Shown in pieces: positions 1-11,379 of a DNA stretch of 33,214 nucleotides (positions are counted from its first letter, which is position 1; each line of letters opens with the position of its first letter). Below the pieces are notes generated by a model. It saw only the letters and a list, made by a program, of their open reading frames with translations, was not told the origin of the DNA and did not search any database. A program made the position numbers and the translations under genes. Source of the DNA: Oscillospiraceae bacterium (lineage in GTDB: Bacteria > Bacillota > Clostridia > Oscillospirales > Ruminococcaceae); assembly GCA_051882095.1 (NCBI GenBank), contig JBJERD010000023.1, forward strand, positions 1 to 33,214. Direction: 5' to 3'.

Positions 1-569
1 CATTCATCGCACTGGTTCAGTACGAGGACGGCGAGAAGAGATACATCATCGCTCCTAACGGACTGGCAGTAGGCGACATCATCAGAGCAGGCGCAGACGC
101 CGACATCAAGCCCGGCAACGCACTTGCACTTGCAAATATTCCTGTAGGTACTTTCATTCACAACCTTGAGCTTTATCCCGGCAAGGGCGCACAGCTGGTT
201 CGTTCCGCAGGAAACATGGCTCAGCTCATGGGTAAGGAAGAGACATACGCTCTCGTAAGACTTCCTTCCGGCGAGATGAGAAAGATCCCGATCAACTGCA
301 TGGCTACGATCGGTCAGGTAGGAAACATCGACCATGAGAACGTTAATATCGGTAAAGCCGGCAGAAAGCGTCACATGGGCTGGAGACCTACAGTTCGTGG
401 TTCTGTAATGAACCCCTGCGATCACCCTCACGGTGGTGGTGAAGGTAAGTCGCCTGTCGGACGTCCAAGTCCTGTTACTCCTTGGGGTAAGCCGACAATG
501 GGCTACAAGACGCGCGCTAAGCATCATCGCTCCGATAAGTTTATCGTAAAACGCAGAAACGGTAAGTAA
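1..569 (+). CDS. rplB: 50S ribosomal protein L2 (5'-partial)
   Basis: Frame is open from the window start ([16 protein letters not shown]...) and carries the L2 motif [17 protein letters not shown]; lies before rpsS. Confidence 0.98.
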   Translation, partial: FIALVQYEDGEKRYIIAPNGLAVGDIIRAGADADIKPGNALALANIPVGTFIHNLELYPGKGAQLVRSAGNMAQLMGKEETYALVRLPSGEMRKIPINCMATIGQVGNIDHENVNIGKAGRKRHMGWRPTVRGSVMNPCDHPHGGGEGKSPVGRPSPVTPWGKPTMGYKTRAKHHRSDKFIVKRRNGK

Positions 570-592
570 TGCTGAAAGGAGGCAGATGAATA

Positions 593-877
593 ATGGGTAG
601 AAGCGTCAAGAAGGGACCTTTCGTTGAAGAATCCCTTATGAAAAAAGTAATCGCAATGAACGATGCAGGCGAGAAAAAGGTTGTAAAGACATGGAGCAGA
701 GCTTCAACAATCTTCCCTGAATTCGTTGGTCATACATTCGCTGTTCATGATGGCCGCAAGCACGTTCCGGTATATGTTACCGAGGATATGGTAGGACATA
801 AGCTGGGTGAGTTTGCACCAACAAGAACTTTTAAAGGTCATGCAGGTTCCAAGACCTCTAATAATGGTAAGAAGTAG
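593..877 (+). CDS. rpsS: 30S ribosomal protein S19
   Basis: [13 protein letters not shown] and [12 protein letters not shown] motifs; AGGAGG RBS. Confidence 0.98.
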   Translation: MGRSVKKGPFVEESLMKKVIAMNDAGEKKVVKTWSRASTIFPEFVGHTFAVHDGRKHVPVYVTEDMVGHKLGEFAPTRTFKGHAGSKTSNNGKK

Positions 878-895
878 CGGAAAGGAGGAGTTCAG

Positions 896-1231
896 ATGGA
901 AGCAAAGGCAATTCTGAGAAATGCTCGTATTGCTCCCCGTAAGGTACAGATCGTTCTGGATCTTATCAGAGGAAAAGATTATGAAGTTGCTATGGCAACA
1001 GTAAAGCACACACCAAAGGCTGCTTGTGAATATTTGGAGAAGCTTCTGAAGTCCGCCGCTGCAAACGCAGAGAACAATCACAACATGGATAAGAACAATC
1101 TTTATGTTGCTGAGTGTTACGTTTGCCCGGGACCTATAATGAAGAGAATCATGCCAAGAGCACAGGGCAGAGCCTATAGAATTCTTAAGAGAACTTCACA
1201 CATCACACTGGTTCTCAAGGAAAAGGAATAA
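896..1231 (+). CDS. rplV: 50S ribosomal protein L22
   Basis: [28 protein letters not shown]; synteny. Confidence 0.98.
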   Translation: MEAKAILRNARIAPRKVQIVLDLIRGKDYEVAMATVKHTPKAACEYLEKLLKSAAANAENNHNMDKNNLYVAECYVCPGPIMKRIMPRAQGRAYRILKRTSHITLVLKEKE

Positions 1232-1252
1232 AGCTGAAAGAGGAGGTAAACT

Positions 1253-2053
1253 ATGGGCCAGAAAGTTAATCCACACGGACTGAGAGTCGGTGTGATCAAG
1301 GATTGGGATTCCCGCTGGTTTGCAGATAAGAGCACTTTCGGCGACACACTGGTTGAGGATTATAACATCCGTAATTATGTTATGAACATTCTTAACAGAC
1401 GTTCAAAGAATCCTTCCGATAAGTGCGTTTATGCAGGTGTTCCTAAAGTAGAAATCGAAAGATTTGCAGATAACGACGGCGGACAGAAGGTAAAGCTTCA
1501 CATCCACTGCGCTAAGCCCGGTCTTGTTATCGGAAGAGGCGGCGCAGAGATCGAAAAGATCCGTGCAGACATTGAAAAGAAGATCGGCAAGAAGGTCGCT
1601 ATCAATATCGTTGAAGTTAAGCAGCCCGATATCAATGCACAGCTGGTTGCTGAGAAGATCGCTCACGATCTGGAGGACAGAATCTCATTCAGACGTGCAA
1701 TGAAGCAGTCCATCGGCAGAGCTATGAAGCTTGGCGCAAAGGGTATCAAGGTTAGATGCTCAGGACGTCTTGCAGGCGCTGAGATCGCAAGAGCTGAAAG
1801 CTATCACGAGGGTACGATCCCACTTCAGACCATCAGAGCTGATATTGATTACGGTACAGCAGAAGCTCACACAACCTACGGCCGTATCGGCGTAAAGGTT
1901 TGGATCTACAGAGGCGAAGTCCTCAAGGGCGAGGTTGCTGCTTCCGACAGAAGAGATACTTCTGACAGAAGACGTAACAGAAGAAACGACGACAGAGCTA
2001 AGGGCGGACGCCGTGACTTCAACAAAGCAAAAAGAGAAGGAGGTAACAACTAA
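1253..2053 (+). CDS. rpsC: 30S ribosomal protein S3 (two KH-region insertions, charged C-terminal tail)
   Basis: [42 protein letters not shown]. Confidence 0.98.
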   Translation: MGQKVNPHGLRVGVIKDWDSRWFADKSTFGDTLVEDYNIRNYVMNILNRRSKNPSDKCVYAGVPKVEIERFADNDGGQKVKLHIHCAKPGLVIGRGGAEIEKIRADIEKKIGKKVAINIVEVKQPDINAQLVAEKIAHDLEDRISFRRAMKQSIGRAMKLGAKGIKVRCSGRLAGAEIARAESYHEGTIPLQTIRADIDYGTAEAHTTYGRIGVKVWIYRGEVLKGEVAASDRRDTSDRRRNRRNDDRAKGGRRDFNKAKREGGNN

Positions 2054-2484
2054 TGCTGCTTCCAAAGAGAGTTAAGTACAGAAGAGTACAGAGAGGCCGC
2101 CTTAAGGGCAAGGCTTTGAGAGGTAACAAGGTTTCACACGGTGAGTACGGTCTTCAGGCACTTCAGCCTGCATGGATCACTTCAAATCAGATCGAGGCTG
2201 CCCGTATCGCTATGACAAGATACATCAAGCGTGGCGGTCAGGTTTGGATCAAGATATTCCCCGACAAGCCTGTTACAGAAAAGCCGGCAGAAACACGAAT
2301 GGGTTCAGGAAAGGGCTCACCTGAGTACTGGGTAGCCGTTGTTAAGCCGGGCAGAGTAATGTTCGAGATCGCAGGAGTAAGTGAAGAGGTAGCAAGAGAA
2401 GCTATGAGACTTGCTATGCACAAGCTTCCTGTAAAATGTAAGTTTGTTAAGAGAGAAACTCAAGAAACGGGTGGTGAGCAATAA
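2053..2484 (+). CDS. rplP: 50S ribosomal protein L16
   Basis: [22 protein letters not shown]; TAATG overlap with rpsC. Confidence 0.98.
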   Translation: MLLPKRVKYRRVQRGRLKGKALRGNKVSHGEYGLQALQPAWITSNQIEAARIAMTRYIKRGGQVWIKIFPDKPVTEKPAETRMGSGKGSPEYWVAVVKPGRVMFEIAGVSEEVAREAMRLAMHKLPVKCKFVKRETQETGGEQ

Positions 2485-2678
2485 TGAAAGCAAATGAAAT
2501 CAAGGATCTGTCAGTAGCTGAGCTTAACGAGAAGCTCGCAGAGCTTAAGCAGGAGCTTTTTAACCTTCGTTTTCAGCACGCCGTAAATCAGTTGGACAAT
2601 CCAATGAGAATGAAGGCTGTCAAGAAGGATATTGCTCGTGTAAAGACATTCATTCGTAAGCAAGAGTCCGTTCAGTAA
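2484..2678 (+). CDS. rpmC: 50S ribosomal protein L29
   Basis: [20 protein letters not shown]; TAATG overlap. Confidence 0.97.
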   Translation: MKANEIKDLSVAELNEKLAELKQELFNLRFQHAVNQLDNPMRMKAVKKDIARVKTFIRKQESVQ

Positions 2679-2699
2679 TTGACGAAGGGAGGATTAACT

Positions 2700-2957
2700 G
2701 TGAGCGAAAGAAATCTTAGAAAAACAAGAGTGGGCAAGGTAGTTTCCAACAAGATGGACAAGACGATCGTCGTTGCAATCGAGGATAACGTACAGCATCC
2801 GCTTTATAAGAAAATCATCAAGAGAACAGTTAAGCTTAAGGCGCACGATGAGAACAACGTATGCAACATCGGCGACAAGGTTGAGGTTATGGAGACCCGT
2901 CCGCTGTCTAAGGACAAGAGATGGCGTCTGGTTAACGTTCTCGAGCAGGCTAAGTAA
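2700..2957 (+). CDS. rpsQ: 30S ribosomal protein S17
   Basis: [22 protein letters not shown]; start moved to GTG 2700, downstream of GGGAGG. Confidence 0.97.
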   Translation: MSERNLRKTRVGKVVSNKMDKTIVVAIEDNVQHPLYKKIIKRTVKLKAHDENNVCNIGDKVEVMETRPLSKDKRWRLVNVLEQAK

Positions 2958-3026
2958 TAAATTCTATAAGGTTTGACGGCAGAATTTCTGCCGCAGCCTT
3001 TAATGTTGTGAAAGGAGGAACGCACT

Positions 3027-3395
3027 GTGGTACAGATGCAGACTTACCTGAAAGTAGCAGATAACTCCGGCGCAAAGGAGCTTATGTGCATCAGAGTTTT
3101 AGGTGGAACACGCAGAAGGTATGCAAACATCGGTGACGTTGTAGTTGCTTCGGTCAAGAAGGCAACACCAGGCGGCGTTGTTAAGAAAGGCGATGTTGTT
3201 AAAGCAGTAATCGTTCGTTCAGCAAAGGGTCTTCGTCGTGCAGACGGAACATATATCCGTTTCGACGAGAACGCTGCTGTAATTATTAAGGAAGATAAAA
3301 ACCCAAGAGGTACACGTATTTTTGGACCGGTAGCTAAAGAGCTTCGTGACAAGGATTATCTCAAGATCCTTTCACTCGCTCCCGAAGTGCTTTAA
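3027..3395 (+). CDS. rplN: 50S ribosomal protein L14
   Basis: [30 protein letters not shown]; GTG start after AGGAGG. Confidence 0.98.
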   Translation: MVQMQTYLKVADNSGAKELMCIRVLGGTRRRYANIGDVVVASVKKATPGGVVKKGDVVKAVIVRSAKGLRRADGTYIRFDENAAVIIKEDKNPRGTRIFGPVAKELRDKDYLKILSLAPEVL

Positions 3396-3410
3396 TAGGA
3401 GGTGTCGTTG

Positions 3411-3734
3411 ATGAATAAGGTACACGTAAAGACAGGCGACACGGTTGTTATTCTTTCCGGTAAGGATAAGGGTAAGAAGGGTAAGGTCCTTGCGGTTTCC
3501 CCTAAGGAAGGAAAGGTAATCGTAGAGGGACTTAACATCGCAACAAAGCACGTTAAGCCAAGAAGCGCTCAGCAGCAGGGCGGCATTGTTGAGGCAGAAG
3601 CCGCTATGTACGCTTCAAAGGTCCAGGCAGTTTGCCCTAAGTGCGGCAAAGCTACAAGGATCGCACACAAGATCCTTGAGGACGGCTCAAAGGTCAGAGT
3701 TTGCAAGAACGCTGACTGCGGCGAAGAGTTTTAA
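3411..3734 (+). CDS. rplX: 50S ribosomal protein L24
   Basis: KOW motif [16 protein letters not shown]; start set at ATG 3411 after AGGAGG 3397-3402. Confidence 0.97.
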   Translation: MNKVHVKTGDTVVILSGKDKGKKGKVLAVSPKEGKVIVEGLNIATKHVKPRSAQQQGGIVEAEAAMYASKVQAVCPKCGKATRIAHKILEDGSKVRVCKNADCGEEF

Positions 3735-3753
3735 TTAAGGAGGAGATTTTACG

Positions 3754-4296
3754 ATGGCTGCAAGATTAAAAGAATATTATGTTAGCACCGTAGCTCCTGC
3801 TATGATGAAGAAATTCCAGTATGCTAACGTTATGCAGATCCCAAAGCTTGATAAGGTAGTTATCAACGTGGGCTGCGGAGCTGATAAGGATAACAAGAAG
3901 GTTATCGACGCAATCATGTCAGACCTGGCTACTATTACAGGTCAGAAGCCTATTGTTTGTAAGGCTAAGAAATCCGTTGCTAACTTCAAGCTGAGAGACG
4001 GACAGATCATCGGTGTAAAGGTAACTCTGAGAGCTGAGAAAATGTATGAGTTCGTTGACAGACTTTTCAACGTAGCATTTCCTCGTGTAAGAGACTTCAG
4101 AGGAATCAACGGCAACTCTTTCGACGGAAGAGGAAACTACTCCACAGGTATCAAGGAGCAGCTGATCTTCCCTGAGATCGAGTACGATAAGATCGACAAG
4201 GTTCGTGGTATGGATATCAACTTTATCACGACTGCAAAAACAGACGAAGAAGCTAAGGAGCTGCTTTCACTGATGGGCGCTCCGTTCGCAAAGTAA
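3754..4296 (+). CDS. rplE: 50S ribosomal protein L5
   Basis: [29 protein letters not shown]. Confidence 0.98.
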   Translation: MAARLKEYYVSTVAPAMMKKFQYANVMQIPKLDKVVINVGCGADKDNKKVIDAIMSDLATITGQKPIVCKAKKSVANFKLRDGQIIGVKVTLRAEKMYEFVDRLFNVAFPRVRDFRGINGNSFDGRGNYSTGIKEQLIFPEIEYDKIDKVRGMDINFITTAKTDEEAKELLSLMGAPFAK

Positions 4297-4317
4297 GGTT
4301 AAGAGGAGGAAATTTCA

Positions 4318-4503
4318 ATGGCTAAAAAGGCTATGATAAACAAACAGCAGGCTAAGCCTAAGTATTCCACTCGTGCTTACAACAGATGTAAAATCTGTGG
4401 AAGACCTCATGCATATCTGAGAAAGTTCGGCATCTGCCGTATCTGCTTCAGAGAATTGGCACATGACGGTCAGATTCCTGGAGTTAAGAAGGCTAGTTGG
4501 TAA
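4318..4503 (+). CDS. rpsZ: 30S ribosomal protein S14, Zn-binding type Z
   Basis: 61 aa with CKICGRP...CRICFRE. Confidence 0.97.
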   Translation: MAKKAMINKQQAKPKYSTRAYNRCKICGRPHAYLRKFGICRICFRELAHDGQIPGVKKASW

Positions 4504-4519
4504 AAGGAGGTTAACAAGC

Positions 4520-4918
4520 ATGCAAATTACTGATACAATAGCAGATTTATTGACCAGAATTCGTAATGCAAGCACTGCAAAGCACGCAACAGTTGACGTT
4601 CCTGCATCTAATATGAAAAAGTCTATCACACAGATCCTTGTAGACGAGGGCTATGTAAAGGACTTTAAGATTATTGAGGACGGAAAACAGGGTATAATCA
4701 GAATTACTCTTAAATACGATGAGAACAGAAATCCGGTTATTTCAGGTCTTAGAAGAGTTTCTAAGCCCGGTTTGAGAATCTACTCAAGCTGCGAAGATAT
4801 GCCTAAGGTAATGAAGGGACTTGGCGTTGCCATCGTTTCAACATCAAAGGGCATCGTTACCGACAAGAAGGCAAGAGAGCTTAATGTCGGCGGTGAAGTT
4901 CTCGCATTTATCTGGTAA
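4520..4918 (+). CDS. rpsH: 30S ribosomal protein S8
   Basis: [30 protein letters not shown]; ATG 4520 after AGGAGG. Confidence 0.98.
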   Translation: MQITDTIADLLTRIRNASTAKHATVDVPASNMKKSITQILVDEGYVKDFKIIEDGKQGIIRITLKYDENRNPVISGLRRVSKPGLRIYSSCEDMPKVMKGLGVAIVSTSKGIVTDKKARELNVGGEVLAFIW

Positions 4919-4932
4919 GGAGGACTAATATT

Positions 4933-5484
4933 ATGTCTAGAATCGGAATCAAGCCTATTAGTGTTCCTGCCGGCGTAGAGGTAACTGTGGCAGACGGAAA
5001 CGTTGTAACAGTTAAGGGTCCTAAGGGAACATTGACTAAATCTTTTAATAAAGATATGATCATCAAGTTGGAAGACGGTGTTGTAACTGTAGCTCGTCCT
5101 TCAGAGGATAAGTTCCACAAGTCGCTTCACGGTCTGACAAGAACCCTCATCAGCAACATGGTAGAGGGCGTAACAAACGGTTATTCAAAGACGCTTGAAA
5201 TCGTCGGCGTAGGTTACAGAGCAGCAAAACAGGGCAACAACCTTGTTATGAACCTTGGTTACTCTCATCAGGTTATCGTACCTGAAACAGACGGAATCAA
5301 GATCGACGTTCCTCAGCCTAACCAGATCGTGGTTTCAGGAATCGATAAGCAGGCAGTAGGTCAGTTCGCTTGTGAAATCCGTGAAAAGCGTCCGCCGGAG
5401 CCTTATAAGGGTAAGGGTATCCGCTATACTGGCGAGTACATTATCCGCAAGGAAGGTAAGGCCGGTAAGGGCAGCAAGAAGTAA
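4933..5484 (+). CDS. rplF: 50S ribosomal protein L6
   Basis: [24 protein letters not shown]. Confidence 0.98.
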   Translation: MSRIGIKPISVPAGVEVTVADGNVVTVKGPKGTLTKSFNKDMIIKLEDGVVTVARPSEDKFHKSLHGLTRTLISNMVEGVTNGYSKTLEIVGVGYRAAKQGNNLVMNLGYSHQVIVPETDGIKIDVPQPNQIVVSGIDKQAVGQFACEIREKRPPEPYKGKGIRYTGEYIIRKEGKAGKGSKK

Positions 5485-5503
5485 TTAAAAGGAGAGAATT
5501 ACT

Positions 5504-5863
5504 ATGGTGAAAAAGCTTGACAGAGCGAAGGCAAGAGCAAAGAGACACGCAAGAGTCCGCAACAAGGTTTCCGGAACTCCTGAGTGCCCACGCCTGAACG
5601 TATTCCGCTCCTCAAAGCATATATATGCACAGATCATCGACGATATCAACGGCGTAACACTTTGTGCTGCTTCTTCAATGTCTAAGGATTTTGACGGCAA
5701 CGGCGGCAACAAGGAAGGCGCTCGCAAGGTAGGCGCAATGATCGCTAAAGCGGCTGCTGAAAAGGGAATCGAGAATGTCGTATTCGACAGAGGCGGTTAT
5801 CTCTATCACGGACGTGTACAAGAGTTAGCAGACGGAGCTCGCGAAGGCGGACTCAAGTTCTAA
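5504..5863 (+). CDS. rplR: 50S ribosomal protein L18
   Basis: [21 protein letters not shown]. Confidence 0.98.
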   Translation: MVKKLDRAKARAKRHARVRNKVSGTPECPRLNVFRSSKHIYAQIIDDINGVTLCAASSMSKDFDGNGGNKEGARKVGAMIAKAAAEKGIENVVFDRGGYLYHGRVQELADGAREGGLKF

Positions 5864-5878
5864 AAGGAGGGTATACTT

Positions 5879-6379
5879 TTGGCTATAATAGATGCTTCAA
5901 CATTGGAACTTAGCGAAAAGGTTGTTGCCATTAACAGAGTTTCAAAGACTGTTAAGGGCGGACGTATAATGAAGTTCTCCGCACTTATCGTAGTAGGCGA
6001 CGGAAACGGAACAGTAGGCTTCGGTCTTGGTAAGTCCAGCGAAGTTCCCGACGCTATCCGCAAGGGTATCGAGGACGCAAAGAAGAACCTTATCAAGGTT
6101 TCATTGAAGGGTACGACTATCCCACACGAGGTCATCGGCAAGTTCGGTGCAGGCGAGGTTCTTATGAAGCCGGCTGCTCCCGGTACCGGTGTTATCGCAG
6201 GCGGACCGGTCAGAGCAGTAGTTGAAATTGCAGGTATCAAGGATATCAGAACGAAGTCGCTTCGTTCAAACAATCCCTGCAACGTAGTAAGAGCTACTAT
6301 CAACGGCCTTGCTTCAGTTAAATCTGCTGAAGAGGTTGCTGCTAAGAGAGGTAAGACTGCACAGGAAATTTTGGGCTAA
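5879..6379 (+). CDS. rpsE: 30S ribosomal protein S5
   Basis: [24 protein letters not shown]; TTG start after AGGAGG. Confidence 0.98.
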   Translation: MAIIDASTLELSEKVVAINRVSKTVKGGRIMKFSALIVVGDGNGTVGFGLGKSSEVPDAIRKGIEDAKKNLIKVSLKGTTIPHEVIGKFGAGEVLMKPAAPGTGVIAGGPVRAVVEIAGIKDIRTKSLRSNNPCNVVRATINGLASVKSAEEVAAKRGKTAQEILG

Positions 6380-6392
6380 GGAGGAAACGGCA

Positions 6393-6572
6393 ATGGCAAA
6401 CTTGAAGATTGAGCTGGTTAAGAGCCTTAACAATAAGATCGAGAAGCAAGTGCTGACAGCTAATTCTCTTGGTCTTAGAAAAATCGGTGATGTAACAACA
6501 CAGCCTGACAACGCACAGACACAGGGCAAGATCAAAGTTATATCACACCTTATTAAAGTAACCGAAGCGTAA
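6393..6572 (+). CDS. rpmD: 50S ribosomal protein L30
   Basis: [22 protein letters not shown]; ATG 6393 after AGGAGG; position between rpsE and rplO. Confidence 0.95.
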   Translation: MANLKIELVKSLNNKIEKQVLTANSLGLRKIGDVTTQPDNAQTQGKIKVISHLIKVTEA

Positions 6573-6592
6573 AGCAAGGAGGTGCGAAATAT

Positions 6593-7033
6593 ATGAAATT
6601 GCACGAATTATCACCTGCCGCTGGTTCAAAGTCGGCTACCAAGAGAATCGGAAGAGGACATGGTTCAGGCTGGGGAAAGACAGCAGGCAAGGGTCATAAG
6701 GGTCAGAATGCACGTTCAGGCGGCGGCGTAAGACCGGGCTTTGAAGGCGGACAGACCACACTGGCAAGAAGAATCCCTAAGCGTGGATTTAATAATATTT
6801 TTGCAACTGAGTATGCTGTTGTAAACGTATCTGATCTTGACAGATTTGTAGACGGCACAGTTGTTGACACCGAGCTTCTCAAGGCATCAGGTCTCGTAAA
6901 GAAAGAGCTTGACGGAGTAAAGATCCTCGGAAACGGCGAGCTTACTAAAAATCTCACCGTAAAGGCGGCAGCATTCTCCGCTTCTGCTAAGGAAAAGATT
7001 GAAAAGGCAGGCGGGAAGGCTGAGGTGATGTAA
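6593..7033 (+). CDS. rplO: 50S ribosomal protein L15
   Basis: [27 protein letters not shown]. Confidence 0.98.
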   Translation: MKLHELSPAAGSKSATKRIGRGHGSGWGKTAGKGHKGQNARSGGGVRPGFEGGQTTLARRIPKRGFNNIFATEYAVVNVSDLDRFVDGTVVDTELLKASGLVKKELDGVKILGNGELTKNLTVKAAAFSASAKEKIEKAGGKAEVM

Positions 7034-7035
7034 TT

Positions 7036-8340
7036 GTGATAGAGACATTTCGTAATGCCTGGAAGGTTCCTGAACTGAGAAGGAAGCTCCTGTTTACATT
7101 CTTCATCATAATTATTTACCGAATCGGCGGAGCAATTCCGGTACCGTATCTGGACGCTGCTGCGCTGGCTTCATGGTTTCAGGACAGCAATGCGTCGGGT
7201 AACTTTTTCGGCTACCTGAACGTTCTGTCAGGAGGTAACTTTGCAAAGGCTACTCTTCTGGCACTGTCTGTATCGCCATATATCAATGCACAGATCATCA
7301 TTCAGCTTCTTACCTATGCTCTTCCTCCTCTGGAGAGAATGGCTAAGGAAGGTCCCGAGGGACGCAAGAAGCTCAACAAGATCACTAAGTATACAGCGCT
7401 GGGCATCTCGGTATTCCAGGCTTGGGCTTATTACCTGACTCTGAAAAACTCCGCTCACGCACTTATGTATACCGACGGCTGGGAAAAGATCTATGCCGAG
7501 GTCGTTATCATCGCTTGCTTTACCGCAGGTTCTTCGCTCACCATCTGGCTGGGCGATCAGATAAACGAAAAGGGCATAGGCAACGGTATTTCAATGCTGC
7601 TGTTTGCAGGTATCATCGCAAGAGGACCTTCGGCTGTATGGTCGCTGATACTCATGATGAAGACCGGCGAGGCTAAGTATATGATACTTGTTCCCGTTAT
7701 TCTCGTTGTATTTGTACTGATGATCGCATTCATTATCTTTATGAACAATGCTGAAAGAAGAATCCCTATTCAGTATGCAAAACGTGTCGTAGGCAGAAAG
7801 CAGTACGGCGGACAGAATACCTTCATTCCTATTAAAATAGCAATGAGCGGCGTTCTTCCTATCATCTTTGCGATGTCGTTCATGTCGCTGCCATCCACAC
7901 TTGAAATGTTCATCAAGCCGAGAGAAGACGGAACAGGCTTCTATAACGGACTTCTGAGATGGTTCAGCTATACTCATCCGTTCTATGCTTGCCTGTACTT
8001 TGTACTGATTATCGGATTTAACTACTTCTATGTTTCAATGCAGTATAATCCTGTTGAGATCGCAAACAACCTGAGACAGAGCAACGGCGGAGTTCCCGGT
8101 ATCAGACCCGGTAAGCCAACATCTGACTACATCAAGAGAATTCTGTCAAAGATCACATTGGTGGGAGCTGTATTCCTCGGAATAATCGCTATCTTCCCGA
8201 TCATCTTCGGCGCTGCAACAGGCGTAAACATCGCAATGGGCGGTACTTCGATACTTATCGTTGTAAGCGTTGCACTTGAAACAGTCCGCACAATGGAGTC
8301 GCAGATGATGATGCGTCATCATAAGGGCTTCCTGGAATAA
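7036..8340 (+). CDS. secY: Preprotein translocase subunit SecY
   Basis: Polytopic membrane protein with SPYINAQII, GIGNGISM, PGIRPGKPT, GGTSILIVV. Confidence 0.98.
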   Translation: MIETFRNAWKVPELRRKLLFTFFIIIIYRIGGAIPVPYLDAAALASWFQDSNASGNFFGYLNVLSGGNFAKATLLALSVSPYINAQIIIQLLTYALPPLERMAKEGPEGRKKLNKITKYTALGISVFQAWAYYLTLKNSAHALMYTDGWEKIYAEVVIIACFTAGSSLTIWLGDQINEKGIGNGISMLLFAGIIARGPSAVWSLILMMKTGEAKYMILVPVILVVFVLMIAFIIFMNNAERRIPIQYAKRVVGRKQYGGQNTFIPIKIAMSGVLPIIFAMSFMSLPSTLEMFIKPREDGTGFYNGLLRWFSYTHPFYACLYFVLIIGFNYFYVSMQYNPVEIANNLRQSNGGVPGIRPGKPTSDYIKRILSKITLVGAVFLGIIAIFPIIFGAATGVNIAMGGTSILIVVSVALETVRTMESQMMMRHHKGFLE

Positions 8341-8384
8341 TTGTCATTCGCAAGGTCTGAAAATTAGTAAAGGAGTCAGTCAAT

Positions 8385-9017
8385 ATGAATCTGATTTTAC
8401 TGGGTGCGCCCGGCGCAGGCAAAGGTACGCAGGCAGAGGTCATCTGCAAGGCGCTGAACATTCCTACAATTTCTACCGGCAATATGCTCAGAGCTGCCGT
8501 TAAGGCAGGCACTGAGTACGGACTCAAGGCAAAGGCTGCTATGGACGCAGGCGACCTTGTTTCCGACGATATTGTTATCGGTATCCTCAAGGACAGGATC
8601 AAGGAGCCTGACGCTCAGAACGGCTTTATCCTTGACGGTTTCCCAAGAACAGTTCCTCAGGCTGAGGCGCTGGACGCTATGGGCGTAAAGATCGACAAGG
8701 TCGTTGAGATCCATGTTCCCGATGAGAAAATTCAGCAGAGACTTAGCGGCAGAAGAGTTTGTCTCGACTGCGGAGCTACTTATCATGTTGATTTCAAACC
8801 AAGCAAGGTCGAGGGAATCTGCGATGTTTGCGGCAAGGAGCTCGTTATCCGCAAGGACGACCAGCCTGAGACCGTTATCAGCAGACTCAAGACCTATCAT
8901 GAGCAGACAGCTCCTCTTAAGGGCTATTATGAAGCTCAGGGCAAGCTCGTTACTGTTGAAGGACAGGAAGAGGTTGCCGATACTTCAAAGCTTACTCTTG
9001 CAGCTATAAACGCTTAA
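8385..9017 (+). CDS. adk: Adenylate kinase (Zn-LID type)
   Basis: [21 protein letters not shown]...CDVC LID. Confidence 0.98.
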   Translation: MNLILLGAPGAGKGTQAEVICKALNIPTISTGNMLRAAVKAGTEYGLKAKAAMDAGDLVSDDIVIGILKDRIKEPDAQNGFILDGFPRTVPQAEALDAMGVKIDKVVEIHVPDEKIQQRLSGRRVCLDCGATYHVDFKPSKVEGICDVCGKELVIRKDDQPETVISRLKTYHEQTAPLKGYYEAQGKLVTVEGQEEVADTSKLTLAAINA

Positions 9018-9033
9018 AGAAGAAGGCGAGCTC

Positions 9034-9780
9034 ATGATATGCGTTAAATCCAATAAAGAGATCGCAAAAATGCAGAAGGCGGGCAAAATCACCGCCGGAG
9101 CATTGATTGCGGCGGGCGAGGCTATCAGACCCGGTATGACTACCAAGGAGCTTGATACCATAGTCCGCAAATATATTACCTCGCACGGTGCAAAGCCCAG
9201 CTTTCTGGGTTACGGCGGATTTCCCGGCTCAGCCTGTATTTCCGTCAACGACGAGGTAATCCACGGGATCCCCGGTCCCCGCAAGTTTGTTGAGGGCGAC
9301 ATCGTTTCGGTAGACGTCGGTGCTTATATCGACGGATATCACGGAGATTCCTGCAAGACCTTTGCGGTGGGAGAGATTTCCGATACGGCAAAGGCGCTGA
9401 TGAAGTCCACCGAGGAAAGCCTTTATCTCGCTATTGAGATGGCTAGACCCGGCGTAAGGCTGGGCGATATCGGAGCGGCTATTCAGAAATACAACGAGGA
9501 CAACGGTTTTTCTGTTGTGAGAGAGTTCGTCGGTCACGGCGTTGGAAAGGATCTTCACGAAGAGCCTGAGGTGCCCAACTACGGCAAGGCAGGTCACGGA
9601 GTAAGACTTACCGCCGGAATGGTCATCGCAATTGAGCCGATGATAAACGAGGGTACAGCCAAGATAAAGGTAATGCCCGACAAATGGACTGTCAAAACAA
9701 TAGACGGAAAGCTGTCCGCTCATTTTGAGCATACAATCGCTATCACCTCAGACGGCGCAGTCATTCTGACTCAGCCGTAG
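9034..9780 (+). CDS. map: Type I methionine aminopeptidase
   Basis: SVNDEVIHGIP, GHGVG, IEPM, SAHFEHT. Confidence 0.97.
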   Translation: MICVKSNKEIAKMQKAGKITAGALIAAGEAIRPGMTTKELDTIVRKYITSHGAKPSFLGYGGFPGSACISVNDEVIHGIPGPRKFVEGDIVSVDVGAYIDGYHGDSCKTFAVGEISDTAKALMKSTEESLYLAIEMARPGVRLGDIGAAIQKYNEDNGFSVVREFVGHGVGKDLHEEPEVPNYGKAGHGVRLTAGMVIAIEPMINEGTAKIKVMPDKWTVKTIDGKLSAHFEHTIAITSDGAVILTQP

Positions 9781-9790
9781 GGAGAGCGTT

Positions 9791-10057
9791 GTGGATATCA
9801 AAGTCGGTTCGGTCGTAAAAGCGCTTGCAGGCCGTGAGAAAAACCGCTGGTTCGTTGCTGTGGCGGTTGACGGCGGCTTTGTTGACATCGCAGACGGCAA
9901 GGAGCGAAAGCTTCAGAAGCCCAAGCGGAAGAATATAAAGCACATTTCACCTGCGCACGCTGTTATCGATATGGACGGACTGACAAACAAGAAACTTAGA
10001 AAGCTGATTTGCGGGTTCGAGACCCCGAACTGCGAAGAAGCTGACCGTCAGCCTTAA
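9791..10057 (+). CDS. KOW-domain (L14e-like) RNA-binding protein
   Basis: [18 protein letters not shown]...PKRKNIKH; usual position between map and infA in Bacillota. Confidence 0.85.
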   Translation: MDIKVGSVVKALAGREKNRWFVAVAVDGGFVDIADGKERKLQKPKRKNIKHISPAHAVIDMDGLTNKKLRKLICGFETPNCEEADRQP

Positions 10058-10074
10058 GACGGGGAGGTATTTTG

Positions 10075-10293
10075 ATGTCAAAAGAAGATGTGATCGAACT
10101 TGAAGGAACTGTTGTCGAGGCACTGCCCGGCGCAAAATTTCAGGTTGAGCTTTCAAACGGTCATATGATACTTGCTCATGTATCAGGCAAGCTTCGTATG
10201 AATTACATTCGTATAGTACCCGGTGATAAGGTAACGGTTGAGATGTCACCTTATGACTTGAACAAGGGTAGAATCACCTGGAGAGCCAAGTAA
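10075..10293 (+). CDS. infA: Translation initiation factor IF-1
   Basis: [28 protein letters not shown]; ATG 10075 after GGAGGT. Confidence 0.98.
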   Translation: MSKEDVIELEGTVVEALPGAKFQVELSNGHMILAHVSGKLRMNYIRIVPGDKVTVEMSPYDLNKGRITWRAK

Positions 10294-10347
10294 AATTTAC
10301 TGGTTTTTCATCATAAGCAGTCGTTATAATTAAAAGGAGGTATTTCA

Positions 10348-10461
10348 ATGAAAGTAAGACCTTCAGTTAAGCCTATCTGCGAAAAGTGCAAGGTTATCAA
10401 AAGAAAAGGCAAGATCATGGTGATCTGTCAGAACCCTAAGCATAAGCAGCGTCAGGGTTAA
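10348..10461 (+). CDS. rpmJ: 50S ribosomal protein L36 (absent from the ORF track; 37 aa)
   Basis: Translated by hand: [37 protein letters not shown]; AGGAGGT RBS. Confidence 0.98.
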   Translation: MKVRPSVKPICEKCKVIKRKGKIMVICQNPKHKQRQG

Positions 10462-10490
10462 CAAACCAATAATGGAGGTGCAGCTAAACA

Positions 10491-10859
10491 ATGGCTCGTA
10501 TTGCTGGTATCGACCTGCCAAAGGATAAAAGAGTTGAGATCGGTTTGACTTATATCTACGGCATCGGTCAGAAAACTGCTACTAAGATCCTTGAAGAAAC
10601 AGGCGTAAATCCTGACACAAGAGTTAAGGACCTGTCAGAGGACGATGTAGCTAAATTGCGTGAATATATCGATCATAATTTAACTGTTGAGGGCGACCTG
10701 AGAAGAAATGTTGCTCTTAATATCAAGAGACTTGTTGAGATCGGTTGCTACAGAGGCGTTCGTCACAGAAGAGGTCTGCCTGTAAGAGGTCAGAGAACAA
10801 AGACAAACGCAAGAACCCGCAAGGGACCTGTTAAGACCATCGCTAACAAGAAGAAGTAA
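10491..10859 (+). CDS. rpsM: 30S ribosomal protein S13
   Basis: [28 protein letters not shown]. Confidence 0.98.
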   Translation: MARIAGIDLPKDKRVEIGLTYIYGIGQKTATKILEETGVNPDTRVKDLSEDDVAKLREYIDHNLTVEGDLRRNVALNIKRLVEIGCYRGVRHRRGLPVRGQRTKTNARTRKGPVKTIANKKK

Positions 10860-10873
10860 GGAGGGTGTGAACA

Positions 10874-11272
10874 ATGGCTCAGCCTAAGAAGAAGACTACT
10901 ATCCGTCGTCGTCGTGAAAGAAAGAACATTGAACAGGGACAGGTTCATATCCAGTCTACTTTCAACAACACAATCGTTACTATCACTGATATGCAGGGCA
11001 ATGCTATTTCATGGGCTTCCGCAGGCGGACTCGGCTTCAGAGGTTCAAAGAAGTCTACTCCCTTCGCAGCTCAGACAGCAGCTGAAACAGCAGCAAGAGC
11101 AGCTAAGGAGCACGGACTCAAGACTGTTGAGGTTTTCGTAAAGGGACCCGGTGCAGGAAGAGAAGCCGCTATCAGAGCTTTGCAGTCAGAGGATCTGGAA
11201 GTAAGACTTATCAAGGATGTTACTCCTATCCCTCACAACGGATGCCGTCCTCCTAAGAGAAGACGTGTATAA
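10874..11272 (+). CDS. rpsK: 30S ribosomal protein S11
   Basis: [27 protein letters not shown]. Confidence 0.98.
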   Translation: MAQPKKKTTIRRRRERKNIEQGQVHIQSTFNNTIVTITDMQGNAISWASAGGLGFRGSKKSTPFAAQTAAETAARAAKEHGLKTVEVFVKGPGAGREAAIRALQSEDLEVRLIKDVTPIPHNGCRPPKRRRV

Positions 11273-11379
11273 TAAGACAATTTGAGTTTGTAGTTTGCTC
11301 AAAGTCAGGTAAACCAAGGTATTTCCGGTACCGCAGGGTTAAGACCTGATAACAACATTAAAAACGGAGGTTTATTACT

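Noticed and set aside
4463-4519. Upstream extensions of rpsH, rpmD (6309), rpsQ (2679) and rplX (3402) in the track
   Set aside because: They overlap upstream genes or RBSs; downstream starts match SD spacing and family length.
10296-10330. Internal promoter before rpmJ (TATAAT at 10325-10330)
   Set aside because: No acceptable -35 at 16-18 nt and no extended -10 TG.
3640-10461. Cys clusters in L24, S14, Adk and L36 as unusual features
   Set aside because: These are ordinary Zn-binding variants in Clostridia.
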